Shown one piece after another: positions 37,071-50,574 of a stretch of DNA of 64,000 nucleotides (its first letter is position 1; each line of letters starts with the position of its first letter). The DNA is from Epiperipatus broadwayi. Taxonomy: Eukaryota; Animalia; Onychophora. Location: the NCBI GenBank assembly GCA_028023455.1, contig JAQFVV010000006.1:124001-188000 (forward strand). Direction: 5' to 3'. Below the pieces are notes generated by a model. It was not told the DNA's origin and ran no database searches. It saw nothing but the letters and a program-made list of their open reading frames with translations. The position numbers were made by a program, and so were the translations under genes.

Positions 37071-40000
37071 CATATAGTAGACAAAGACTGAATGATAAAA
37101 TGTGACGATTTAAGGTTTGTAGGATTTGTTTCAGAGGAATCCCCTTTGTCAATTGCACCAAGCTCCAATATCATTGAACACCAATCAGAATAGACTTGAA
37201 TATTATATAAATGAAGCAAATTTCACTTGCTTGATTTGATTTCTAAGTGTGAAAAATAAAACACATAAAATTATTAAATGTGACAATCTTTACAGTTAAC
37301 AAACACTCAGATAACTATATTCTAAATAGGTAGAAATTATAATTTTCATTTTTACAAACCCTACCATTAATCCAAACATATATATATATCTGCAAAATGT
37401 TATTTACTTTATATGAAATTCACAATTATTAATAAATTGCCTTTTCCATAGTTGATAAGCTTATACAGAAATAGATTCTAATCAAATAAAAACTTAATTC
37501 CATTTTCAATAAACAACTCATGATACAATTAAATTTGAATGTTACATAACTAAATACAAAAGTAATGTAAAGATATATTTTATAATATTGCCAAGAATAA
37601 GAGCATTTTAAACATTTTCCAATTACAATGTTACACATTAGCCATTCTGAATTGTGAACTACAATACAAGATTCACAGAACCAATTTCCAGGAAACTCTC
37701 CATCAGCTGTGCCATGCTCCAGTATCGTTAAACCATAAATTATTTTTATCTATCCAGAATATAATTGTGTGTGTGCTTATTAACTGTAAAGAGCAGCACA
37801 TATTAGTAATTGGAAATATTTTTTTTTTGTCACAGATTAAAAGCGAAATCGGTTGAATATATATGATTCAATGGCTATTCTAAAATCAATCCTATGAATC
37901 CATTAGTGTCGTAGATCACAATTCAAATTTGAAATATTACGTAACATCTTATATCTTAGTTAACTAATGAATTAATAGAGAGCATGTAAAATGCACTTGT
38001 TTATAGGGGAATGGAAAGTGAAGATGGCTAATAGGTTTCTCTGGGCATAGTGACTGAAAGATTCCTGGCTCCAAGAAAGGAGAAGCCATAATGCATCACA
38101 TCACATCACAATAAGATTTTAGAATATAATCCTTTAAATTATTAATTACATAATATGATTATATAAAATCAAATACATTTTTAAATTTATGTGTTCAAAT
38201 TTTATATAAATATATTGTTTCATCACTGTTATGACACTTTTAAATGATTAAAATTGGTTGTCATATACACACACACACACAATTAATCTCGAAACAAATT
38301 TGTTATTATAGAGTAATAGAAAAAATTTGTATAGCCTAAGACTTCCAATAGTAATTGAAGGTTTCCTAGCAACATCAAAAGCAAAAATATCTACTTACTT
38401 GTATGATAATAATCCCATACGTTGCTTTATTTACATCATAATAAATCCATAAAAGTATTTAATACATATATATCAAGTTGTTGGTTATTTAACTATATAT
38501 GTATACATACAGTGATAAAATACTTTTTTAAATTTATGAGTTAATACTATATATAAGTATATTGTGTTATCATTATTTTGTTATTATTAGCTGACTAAAA
38601 TTGGTCATTTCATATATATGTAATTAAATTCAAGACAAAAAAACTATTACTGGATATTTGAGAAAAGTTGTTTAACCTTAGGATTATCAATAGTAATTGA
38701 TGGTTTCCTAGCAACATCAAAGGTAAAGATATCTTTAGTTATTTATATGGAAATAATCTTACACTTTATTTTGTTTACTTCATAATAATACCATGGAAAT
38801 ATTTAATTTAATATTTAAAACAATCAATCATAAACAAAATAACATTGTGGACAGTTTTTTTAAAATTGAAGTTTGATCATTTGAAGGATTAATTTAAAAA
38901 TATATATTAAAAGGTTGCCTTGACAACAGGTTGAGATTGTTATTGATACTGGGATTAATTTTAATGATATTACAAATGTATAGACATGATGAATTTTAAT
39001 AATTTCTATGTTTATTTCCATTAATATAATTTTAGAATTAAAAAAAAAAATCAGACAAACATATATTTAACCCAAGTATTTAAATTGTCCTCCATTCACA
39101 TAAGGCATTGTTGATATCATCAGGAAACTGAAATGCAGGCTTTATATTATGCTTCAATAGATGATCATAAACAATATTTGATGACTTTGTGGAATAAGAA
39201 TTGATGTAGACACTTTATAAAATTCACCTTCCAGAAGAAAGTTTAACAAAACAAGTAAATGAAGTACAAGTTTTTTTGGGAAGACAGATTGAACAGTGAA
39301 AAGAGAATGAATGGTGTTATTATTTGATGTTAAGTCTAATTTAGGAACATATTTTCTTGGAATTTCTTGATGTTTCAATGAAAGACTAATAATGTTAAAA
39401 TTTGATTTGCATATAGATATTAGTGCTTTAAGAGTGGCAACATAAAAAAAAAGTTCACTGATATTAAATATAAAGATCATGGAGACTAACACTGTCATAC
39501 AATACAATCCATCTCTTTGGAAAAGTATTATTCAGGTAAGCCCTAACATTGTGATTATAACAGGGAGATAACGTTTTTCACCAAAAGTAGATTTGATCAC
39601 CACTTACAAATAGCTTACAAATATGTGGATTGACTCAATCCTGAAGTATCTTAAAATATATAACAACAGTAATGTTTTTGAACATTATGTATAACAGCCA
39701 ATTTTTGAAATGTAAGCTATGACAGTACAAAATTTTCATGGCCTAATAACAAGAAATCTTTTCACCAATTCTCCAAAAGATCTTAAATATAGTTAGCCAC
39801 AAATAAAACAGGCTAATTTCTTTTTTTATACAAAGTATACTTTTTTAATTCTATTTTAAAAATGAGAGAAATAAAAAAACATATATGTATGTAATATAAA
39901 TAAAATGTCCATTAATTAAAACAAAATTGTAATTATAATAAAAATAATAAATTTAACAGTAGCAAACTATTATAAACAGTCCTGAAATCCGCAGAAGTAG

Positions 40001-40444
40001 TTTTGGTTAATTTCTTAAACCTGCCTTAACTGCCATTAAATTTTTATATATGCACTATTAAATTAATCATCATGCGAGTTTATTGATTACAAATCAAAAT
40101 TAATAATTATGCATATTTTTATCTTTCAAACTTTCAAATAAAGCAAATATAACCTGCCTTATATAAAATTAGGTGCTAACCTATTCTAATTTGCAGTTAA
40201 TATTTAAATTTGGCCCAAATTAATGAAGAGGATGTCTTTGAAATAAGTCTTACATATAGGATGACAAACTTCTGATAAGAATTTCTGGATATAAATCTAA
40301 AAAATTGGAACAGAACATGTAAAATAGAGATTCTATTGGTGTAGTAGATTAGAAAATACTTGCAATATTCTTGATTTTTATACATATTTGGTTATATCCT
40401 GATGTAAAAATATCATGTGATCATCTTTCTGTATGCTTACACAG

Positions 40445-40625
40445 GCTGTTAATAACCCAAGCCCCAGTACTAATCAATGGATTCAAGATTTGTAGCTTGT
40501 GGCTTTCATCAGTGAGTAGCCTTGAATTAGAGCACTAGATAGGGATTTTATGTACAAATTTTCTTGCATCCATTGATTACTTTGAGCTTGGACTTGGTGG
40601 CACTGCTATATGGAGTTTTCTACTG
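40445..40625. repeat. Rearranged family B fold-back with a truncated hammerhead core
   Basis: gcttgtggctttcatcagtgag (CUGAUGA plus helix II on the minus strand; GAAA and helix III lost); inverted taatcaatgga / tccattgatta. Confidence 0.65.
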
Positions 40626-41722
40626 TTATATTCTAATGTTTTAATTTTTAAACATTAATCATTATTAACTAAACATCAAACAATTAGCAAAATATAGTCT
40701 TCTATAAGGAACGAATAAAAATTCTTACAATAAAATCATTAACAGACTTAAAACATAAAGAACCATCTTTCTTTATAACATCATGTTCTTCCTGCTTTTC
40801 TACACTATAAACACACCCCTATTGTATTTTTTTCTCTTTCTCTTTATTTGTCAGAGTTTTTAAAAAAAACAAAACAAATAGTTTTATTGCTCGGGAGATT
40901 ATAAGAAGTTTGAACACTGGAAGTACCAGAACTGGAATCAATTTGAGGACCTTATATTCCGGAGTCTGACACTCCACCATTTTACTAAACCATACAGGGT
41001 ATTTCACAGTTCAGGCTAACAGACTGATTTCATTTCTTAGCAGCTCTAATCATTACATATGCATGGACATATTTCACATACATAATTTAAAAGCATGATC
41101 ATGAGGATAAGTTGTGTGCACAGTGCATTCTATTTTTGAATTATGTATTATTACTAAAAATATCTTAACTATTTTTACTTATTACAGCATATTATGAGGT
41201 AAGACAGAACAATGGCAGCCCTACTAATTTCTTTCAGAATCTGTTTAAAGAATGCTAAAAATAAGAAAATCTAAAAAAAAATTGGGACAGTTGGTTATCT
41301 TATCCATATAAAACTTGTATTATCATAGTGTACATTTTCAAAATTTCTATTAGATACATACTACTGAATATTTTATTTCACAATGAATTAATAAATAATG
41401 CAACGGAACTCTGTTTCATAATATTACACTATATAAGTATAATTAATAACACTCCCTCCCCCATTTTACACAATGCAAACAATATTTTCTTCAATTAAAT
41501 TTTATTTCCTTACAGGTTCGGCTGTCCAGAAATCTTCAGAGCTACAAAATATTTAAATATATATGATTATAGAAACAAAATATTTTACTATAATTATATC
41601 TAAATATTCAAAACAAAGCAAAACTCTCCATATAGTAGTGCCATCTTTTGCTAACAAGAGCAATCAATGGATGCCAGAAGGCTTGTGCATAAAATCCCTA
41701 TCTAGTGCCTACTCATCCAATA

Positions 41723-41764
41723 TCCCCAGACTAGTTTCTGGCTTGTGGCCTTCATCAGTGAGGA
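41723..41764 (-). ncRNA. Minimal type I hammerhead ribozyme motif, family B (best copy)
   Basis: UCCUCA CUGAUGA A-GGC-CACAA-GCC-A GAAA CUAGUC UGGGGA: 6-bp helix I, palindromic ACUAGU helix III, GUC triplet. It lies within the family B copy at 41501..41915. Confidence 0.85.
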
Positions 41765-41915
41765 GCCTTGGATATGAGAGCACTGCACCTAGATCTTAGG
41801 ATCTAATGCAACCCTCCAGCACCCACCTTTTAACTCCATTGATTGCTCTTGTTAGCACAAGATGGCACTACTATATGGAGAGTTTTGCTTTGTTTTGAAT
41901 TGTTTAATAACAATT

Positions 41916-44730
41916 ATATGCTTACAACTGCAGATCACTTTCAAGTGAAGGAAGATTGCAAGAATTAAAAGAACTCTCTTATATTAAATGGGACATTATT
42001 GGACTTTGTGAAGTTACAAGAAAATGTGAAGAGACAATTGATTTAAAAAGTGGACATATACTCTATTATAAAGGCACAAATATTGGAAATACAAGTGGAG
42101 TAGGATTCATTATAAATAAAAAGTGGAAGAACAATATTGTGGAGATTGATGGTGTATCAGACAGTGGCAAGATTAGTTATACAACTTAATAGCAGATATC
42201 AAATGCAGATAATTCAGGTTTATGCCCCAACAAGTTCTCATAGTGATGAAGTAGTAGAAGATTTTTATATGGATGTACAAAAGGCTTTTGATCAGAGTAA
42301 ACAACATTTTAAAATCGTTATGGGAGACTTTAATACTAGAATTGGTAAACAAATGAAAGATGAAAGTTCTGTAGGTAATTTTGGTTATGGTAATAGAAAT
42401 GTGAGAAGACATAGACTTGTGGAGTTTGCAGAAAAAGAAAAACTTTATATTATGAATTCTTTTTTTGAGAAAAATGTTAAAAGGAAATGGACATGGAAAC
42501 ATCCAAATGAAGGTACAGCAGAATTGGATTATATTTTGACTAATAGGAAATACATATTTCAAGATTGTAATGTTCTTAATAAATTTAACACAGGAAGTGA
42601 TCATCGATTAGTAAGGTGTAAGATACGTGTTAATGTGAAACTAGAGAGACAAAAATTATTAAGAAAAACAATATTTACAGTTGATATTCCTAATCTTCAG
42701 AAACATTCTAATGAATTTAAATTAGAACTTAGAAATCGGTTTCAAGTATTAGTAGATTTTGAGCATAATTCAGATTTGAATGAAATTAATATGAAAATAA
42801 CTGATACACTTTTAAAAACTGCAACAAAGATAGCTGGTAGAAAAAAGCAGCAATTGACCAATAAAATTTCTACTGAGACTAGAGAATTTATGAAGAAAAG
42901 AAGGAATATGAAGATATACAAAAATGATGCATTAAAAAGAATTGAATATCTCGAATTTTGTAAAATGGTGCGGAAAAGAGTTGAGAATGATATAAGAAAG
43001 TATAATTGTGAACTAGCAAGGAAAGCTGTAGAAGAAAATAAAAGTCTTAAGAATGTAAAACAACATTTTGGTATTGGTAGGAAATTTATATCTGCAATAA
43101 GAAAAAAAGATGGAATTGTTACTAAAAAGAGAGATGACATCATGAAATTGGTAGAAGATTTTTATCAAGAATTATATAGTAATAAAGAACAAGTACCTCC
43201 TATATCTATTCCATCTTCCGAATTGCCCAGAATTTTAAATGAAGAAGTGAGACATGCAATTAAATGTATGAAGAAGGGAAATGCTCCAGGTAATGATGGA
43301 ATTATAATTGATATATTAAAAGAAGCAGGAGAAGAAATAGAAAATTTTTTAGCAAAGTTATATACCAAATGTTTAAATGATAAAGATGTACCGAATGATT
43401 GAAAGAATGCAGTAATAATATTAATATTTAAAAAAGATGATAAAGAAGATATTAGAAATTACAGACCTATTAGCCTTTTATCAGTTTTATATAAAATTTT
43501 TACCAAGATAATTACAACTCGTCTACAGAGAACATTGGATTTCCACCAACCAAGAGAACAAGCTGGATTTAAAAGTGGTTTTAGTACAATAGATCATATC
43601 CAGGTGTTGAGAGAAGTTATAGAAAGGTCAAATGAATATGAGTTGTCATTATGTTTTGGATTTGTAGATTATGAAAAGGCATTTGATTCTATAAACATTT
43701 CTTCAGTGATTAAAGCATTGGATCATCAAGGTATAGATCCAGGATATTGTCATATTTTAAAGAATATTTATAAAAATGCAACAGCAACAATTAGATTACA
43801 TAATGATACTGGGAAAGTCAACATTGAGAAAGGTGTAAGACAAGGTGACTCCATATCTCCAAAACTTTTTACAGCAGTGCTGCAAGAAGTATTTTGTGGA
43901 TTAAAATGGGAAACTAAAGGAGTGAAAGTAAATGGAGATTATTTAAGTCATTTAGATTTCGCAGATGATGTAGTTGTTTTTTGCAAATAATGCTTCAGAG
44001 CTGCAGGATATGTTGCAGGAATTATCAGATGAAAGTAGGACTAAAGATAAATGTTAAAAAGACTAAAGTAATGTTTAATCGATTTGCTCAAAATATGAAA
44101 ATAAAGATTGATTATGATGAATTAGAAGAAGTTAACAGTTACAAATATCTTGGTCACATTATTAATACATATGGAAACATAATGGAAGAAATTAATCATA
44201 GAATTAAACTTGGTTAGAGTGCTTTTGGTAGAAATAATTTGATACTAAAAGGAAATATGCCTATGTGTTTGAAAAGGAAGGTTTTTAATAAATGTGTTTT
44301 ACCAGTTCTTACTTATGGATCTGAGACTTGGACACTTAATAGAAGAGCAATACAGAGACTTCAGACCACTCAAAGAAGTATGGAGAGATGTATGTTGGGA
44401 GTAACAAGAAGAGATCGAAAACGCAATGTATGGGTAAGAGAACAAACGGGTGTTACTGACCTCATTGAAAAAATTAAAAGATTGAAGTGGAGTTGGGCTG
44501 GACATATTGCTAGAAAAGATGATAATAGATGGATAATTGAAATTTTAAACTGGATTCCAAGAGATTGTAAAAGACCCAGAAAGAGACCACATGTGAGATG
44601 GATGGATGAAATAAGAAAGTGTGCAGGGGTGATGTGGAGAAGAGAAGCTGAAGATCGGAGAAGATGGATTAAACTTGGAGAGACCTTCATCCTGCAGTGG
44701 ATTGATAATGGTTGATAATGATGATGATGA
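41916..44730 (+). mobile_element. RTE-clade non-LTR retrotransposon, 5'-truncated and disrupted (AP endonuclease plus RT)
   Basis: APE motifs WDIIGLCEV, IQVYAPTS, MGDFN, LDYIL, SDHR. RT motifs NYRPISLL, QAGF, RQGDSISP, FADD. (GAT)n tail at ~44712..44735. Two W-to-stop changes (TGA ending 43402, TAG ending 44217) and frameshifts near 42140 and 43980. Confidence 0.96.
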
Positions 44731-47700
44731 TGATGAGATAGTGATCATGTGATGTTTAGTGGTATATCTAAATATACATGATTCATATTTTAAATACATT
44801 TGTACAAATATGAATCAAACATATTTAAATATACCCATAGTAAAATATTTTGTTTCTATGTAATCATCTACATTTAAATATTTGGAAGCTCTGAAGAAGA
44901 CAACTAGATAGTCAAAACTATAAGGAAATAAAACTATTTGAAGAAAGTATTACATTTGCATTGTATAAAGTGGAAAAAAAAAGGTTTTATTAATTATAAT
45001 TATATATGTTAATAATCAATGCATACAGAATAAAAAAAATAATTATAATATTACAAATTACTATGTTTTAATGTAATAAATTACATAAGTGGTTTTGATA
45101 AATGATTTTCTTCTAGAGATGTTTTCAGGTCTTATAATATTTTTATGCTCCAAATTGCAAAAAATTAAACTGCATTACTAAAATATGCAGTTAATAGAGA
45201 TGTTACGATTTTAATTATGATTTAATCCCTATATATTGTACCGGTCAAAACATGTTTATCCATCTAACATAAGCTGGAACTCACAAAATGTACTTCAAAC
45301 CCAGTCAAGCCCGAGATTTAGGTCAGGCACCAGTTTGGATTCGAACCCACTCTCTAAGCCCCAGATCAAACACCTAATGGATAACATAATAGTGATGGCA
45401 CATGAGAATTAATTTTACTCCGGCCCACACTAGCAAAGCGAAAAAGACAATGAGACATCTATTAACTATGACTAAACTAAAATATATATAAGCATGGCTG
45501 TATGTTTGGAAGTGGAGAAAAGAGGAATTCGAACTACTCAGACAAGTTGGATAATAAAAATATAGTTTAATATAATGACAAATTATTATACATTGACTTA
45601 ATTGTATACATTAGTGTGTGCGTGAATGAGCAAGCGGTAGATGATTACATAGTGTCATTCACGCTATTATTTCTCATATGCTCTTTTATTAGCTAAATGG
45701 AGATATACATTAACACACATCTTTGGTGGGTACAGTATTAAAATGCCAATCAATTATTAGGAAGAAGTTACATAAAATTGCTATTAACGCTTTGGATTAA
45801 GGTTCTTAAACGTGGTGACTAACATTATTTAGGGGAGCGTTCTGAGATTCATTACAGATATAATATAAACCATTTTCACGCCATTACGGTCGTGAAATTA
45901 CATAAAATACATTTGAAAACATATTTGATTATATGACAAAATACTGAATGAAACTTCTTCTAATTAGCGCTGGTAAAAAGAACGCTTTATTTTCCCCAAG
46001 GCATATAGATACTCTTAAATACAGAAATAAGTTACAATGCTGGGATTGTATAAGACTGAAATAGATTTAATTAATAAAACTAGAAGTAGCTGGAATTTAT
46101 ATATATTTTTAAGCAGAGCACAATTTTAATATTAGAGCATTAAAACTGGGTCATGAAGCAAAAGAAACAATAATACGAATAAGTGTGCAGTACTGACATC
46201 GTGCCGATAACTAAGAGTAAAAGGTCGTGCTTCTGGACAAAAACGAAGTCTAAGACCCCCTTCTTTCACAGTACTTAGAGAAAAATGGATAGGCATGGCG
46301 TGGCCGAGACACGCCCAGACTTTTACTGGTATAACCAACGCGAGAGGCCCTTTTCTACGAAGAAAGTGGATATGCTTAGCGTGTACCAAACTTACGGGAA
46401 TCACCGCCAGAGGCATTTTTATACGAAATAAGTCCCCATGGGACAGGACATAACGAAAAATCTATGGGTTCGAACTTGTCGCAACCCCCAGATTAGAAGA
46501 ACATAATATATATATAATTCACAAAAATGAGCCGAATGTCAGTAACGCAGTATGGATGAATGTCACTAACGACATGAAATATAATTTACTGCTTTAAAAT
46601 AGATGACCCTTGTTTGAATGCCATAATTTATATAAATAACATGCTATGCTGCTATAATATATATATAGAAAAGATTAATAAAATATACATGAAGATTTTA
46701 TTTAGTAAAAGAAACATTAAGATTTACCCCCTTCCCTTTTCTGCTATTTAAAAAAAATCAATCCCACCTTCATTGATTTTACAATAAGTGGAATATATGA
46801 GTACTGTATTTGATATTTTAAGAGTATGTAAAAATAAAACTAGCAGTTATAGAAAACAACTAATCGGTCACCTTTTCAGAATTGAATAATAACATTTATA
46901 AAATAAATAAGGTTTCAAAGCGTTAATTAGCATAAGCTCTGAATTCACCCTGGGTGAAAAATCCAGAATTAAAGAAATATTTTTTTTTATATTAAAACAT
47001 AAATAAAATGTTGGCTTGTAAAACAATCTGGCGAGTGTATAAATTAATAATGTGTTGTTTAAAATGGACTTTTAAAAACCTTAATTCATGAAGGTTTACT
47101 TAAAAAGAAGAAAAGATTTTAGAAATTCAACTCGTCAGATTGTTTGACATTGGCATACAGTATTAATAATAACTAAAATAGACATATAAAATTAAGTGAT
47201 AAATAACTATAAATGAATGACCGCACCAAAATTAAAAAAAGTTAGAGCATATGAGAGAGAATTAAATTTATAGAAATTATTTGAGAGCAATTTACATATT
47301 ATATATCAGAAATAAAGTTAAATGATACATTAGGAGAAGTTTTGATAATAGAGTTTGAGATTAGTTAGACTAGTTTTACTTGCGGCTTGAAAATTTACCT
47401 TGCACTATTTTAAGAGTCCATATTTTAAAGTCTGCTCATGCATGGCAATTGGTTCTTAAATAACAGCAAGCTTTTATTCAGCATTCCACAATTCTCCAGT
47501 CGGGCTCTTACTTCCTTCTACGGGAGCATGATATAACGGCAGCGGAAGATGAAAGATGATGAGCTTTCTTTGCTTACATTTCAAAACAGCTTGGATTCAG
47601 TTAACTGTACAGTTCTCTCAATAGTAGCTAATCTATCTCCCACTAGTAGCTGATCTGTTGTTGATTTAAAATTCATCCATTTTATACTCTGCTCAGGTAT

Positions 47701-48791
47701 TTCTGGAATGCTTTTAATTACATAGTTTTAGCCTCAAAATCTAATCTCTGATCTAACAGAAATTTTACATTTCTTTATTCATTGTTTTTGAAAGATGCAA
47801 CGTTAGATAATGTCCAAAAATAAATTCAAATCTATTTCCAGATTAGAAATAGATTTGTCAAAAATGTTTATAACAAAAGAAAATCTTTAATCTTAATTCC
47901 ATTTTAGGTAAAAACTTTAATTAAAAATACCTTCCCCAGATTAAAACAATAGTGTTTCCAACCCTTTAATTATTTTTGGACAATTAACGGTTGCATCTTA
48001 CTTCCATCTTGGATTTTATAAAATATAGATTTTAATAGGAAAAAAATACGTTAAAAAGAAAAAGTTGTACAAATGACATATAATAAAATATTTTTTAAAA
48101 ATCAATATTTTTGTTAGTATTTTGCTCCTATATATATATATTTGAGCCGCATCTATGTACTTTAATAAAAAAGAATTAATAATTAATAAAAAAGAATTAA
48201 TAATAATAAATATGTTATTGAAAGTTAAAATTTATAAATTTAGGCGCACATCTCAAATATATACATAAAATATATATATACGACAAAAGGAGCGGGATGG
48301 GATATAAGATTTAAACACAGGTTAGTAGATGGAACTATGAAGCTCAATCTTAAGCTAAGATTGATTGCTTCAATATTAATCTAAAGCAAAGTAGGCAAGA
48401 TATCAATGATGGTTGCGAGTGAACTGTCAAAACATTTTGGAATGATTGCCTTGATTAAAAAAAAGGTAATGGTAACCTATGCTACATTATACTAAGATTG
48501 ATAACTATATGTTAAAAAAAATACATTTTTTGCAAATGAGAATCTATTGTTTAGAATGGAGTGGAGCACTTGTCAATGAATAAGTTGGATAATGCCTTCA
48601 TTTGAAATATACAATGACTACCAATTCACCAGTACAAATATGTTCAATGTGCAAAGCAAAGACGCAATCAGAAACATTAGATATGTTCGATCAGTCAAAA
48701 ACTGATAACTGTTTTTAATAGTGCCAGGTGCATAGATTTAAATAACATAATGAAAAAGTAGTACTTTCTCACTTTTTAAAAAAGGGGTATA

Positions 48792-48930
48792 ATGTCCGAA
48801 ACAATTGCAAAGAAAAGAAAGACCTTCAATTATAATGATAAATGCAAAACGTGTGTGTTATGTGAGTCACCAAATGTGCCATTTCCAAACACAGGCAACA
48901 TTGAAAAACATTTTAAAATCATATATGTAA
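48792..48930 (+). mobile_element. hAT-type transposase N-terminal zinc-finger remnant
   Basis: KKRKTFN...CVLCE...NIEKHF resembles BED-like fingers of hAT transposases; the rest is absent. Confidence 0.4.
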
Positions 48931-50271
48931 TATATATGTACCGGATCATGACCCTTGGTGACATTACAAGAAGCCCTTTCCCTGAAAAAATGTGCCTACC
49001 TCTGATCTAAAGATAATGTATAATTCACGAATAACGTAAGTATAACAACTAACAATATCTGTAAACTGTTGAAAACATTAATTACGATAACAATTATAAA
49101 AACACATACATAAACAATTAATATTTGTTTTCCTTTTCATTTGTATTTGTAATAAATTAGAAAAATGTTTTTAACATCTGACAGCTGAAAATGTTTTTAT
49201 TAATTACCTTTTAGATACAGCTGAGTGTGTTTTCGATGTGGTAAATAATAAAAGCCTTTTTAATTGTCAGACGTTAAAAACATTTCGTTAATTTATTATA
49301 AACTATTAAATACAACATAACAAGTTAAAAGAGTGGAGCTTTAATATTCTTCTAAAAAAACTAAACTCCACAAAGACGAATGAAAAATAACATAACAAGT
49401 TGATATAAATAATACAATGACAACAAATCATGGACTTTCTTTTATCAAACTAATAGTGCACCTAAAACGGCCATTTGCATGTACTTCCGTCTGATCTCAA
49501 AAAAAATAAGTTTGATAAATAATCTCATTTTAGGTTGTACTTCAAATCAAACGCAAAAGTAATTAGTCTTTTTAAATGCAATAAGAGAACTAATTTCTGA
49601 CAATTTTGAAACCATTTATAAAAAAATAATATATAGTCAAATATGAACAAATTATTAAATACAGCATAACAAACCAATACATATATTAGTTACCCAATGA
49701 TTATATCATAGGGTCTCAAATATTACATTTATAGTCTTCTTTTATCAAACTAATAGTGTATGTAAAATAACTATTTACACAAATTTGCTTCAGATCTTAT
49801 AAAGGACCAATTTGATAAAAAAATCTTTTTTGTAATTAAATTTCAAATCAAACACAGAAATAATTAAAATCTTTTTAAAAGCAATTAAGCATTATTCTAG
49901 TTTTCAATTTACCAATATATAAATAAATTTCAGCACTATCTTACAGTTAGATTGCCATCTTCAGCTTATTTATAATTAAAATTCAAAAATCAAAATCTTA
50001 TTAAAATCACATAAAATTAATGTTCTAATGTGAAAAGGCTCACTTTTTGTAATTTGTATATATATTTACAGATATATTGCTTATTTAATAAATTATCCAT
50101 CATGTTTATAAAATACACTTTTACAATTTTTCTTCAAATCATTTTCCACATGCAAAAGAAAAACAAAGACAAACAATAAATTTGTACTATAATTGTTTAA
50201 AAATATAGTAAACAGCTCATTTTAAACTTAATTTGCAGTCATTAAAAAAATAGTTTTCCTTAAATACTTAC

Positions 50272-50364
50272 TTCACCTGCTATACGACTCCGCATACTCA
50301 TAGCTGCTATAAAGTTTGAACAATCATTTTTTACACATGGCGGTCGCTTTTCTAAAGTTGTAGT
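50272..50364 (-). CDS. PI4KA: PI4KA exon (TTTLEKRPPCVKNDCSNFIAAMSMRSRIAGE), 93 nt
   Basis: Acceptor aaacag, donor gtaagt; resembles [26 protein letters not shown]. Confidence 0.95.
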
Positions 50365-50454
50365 CTGTTTAAATATACATAAATTTACACAAAATTATAT
50401 AACCCAAAAAAATTTTACACAAAATATATTGTACATATCAAATAAAAATCTCAC

Positions 50455-50574
50455 CGGTAATGCAGAAGAATTTCTGTTGTATCCAGCAAATTGTAAAATA
50501 CTCTCTGTGGCCAGGGAAATACCAGTATGCTGCTTTAATGACTCACCCTGTATCGCTAAAGTATTTAAATAATC
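50455..50574 (-). CDS. PI4KA: PI4KA exon (DYLNTLAIQGESLKQHTGISLATESILQFAGYNRNSSALP), 120 nt
   Basis: Poly-T acceptor ending aag, donor gtgaga; resembles QHTGLAMATESILHFAGYN. Confidence 0.95.

Noticed and set aside
36983-37219. ORF QVYSDWCSMILEL... as a PI4KA exon
   Set aside because: The PI4KA chain closes in frame without it, and part of it is family B repeat sequence.
37429-37740. Cys-rich reading GNWFCESC...KCLKC on the minus strand, as a possible nested zinc-finger gene
   Set aside because: Cys spacing does not fit a finger I recognise, and there is no splice or start context; treated as chance.
42173-44799. Antisense ORFs over the RTE element
   Set aside because: Shadow frames of the LINE coding strand.
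45290-46490. tRNA genes suggested by B-box-like GGTTCGAA motifs
   Set aside because: No cloverleaf or paired acceptor stem; SINE relics at most.
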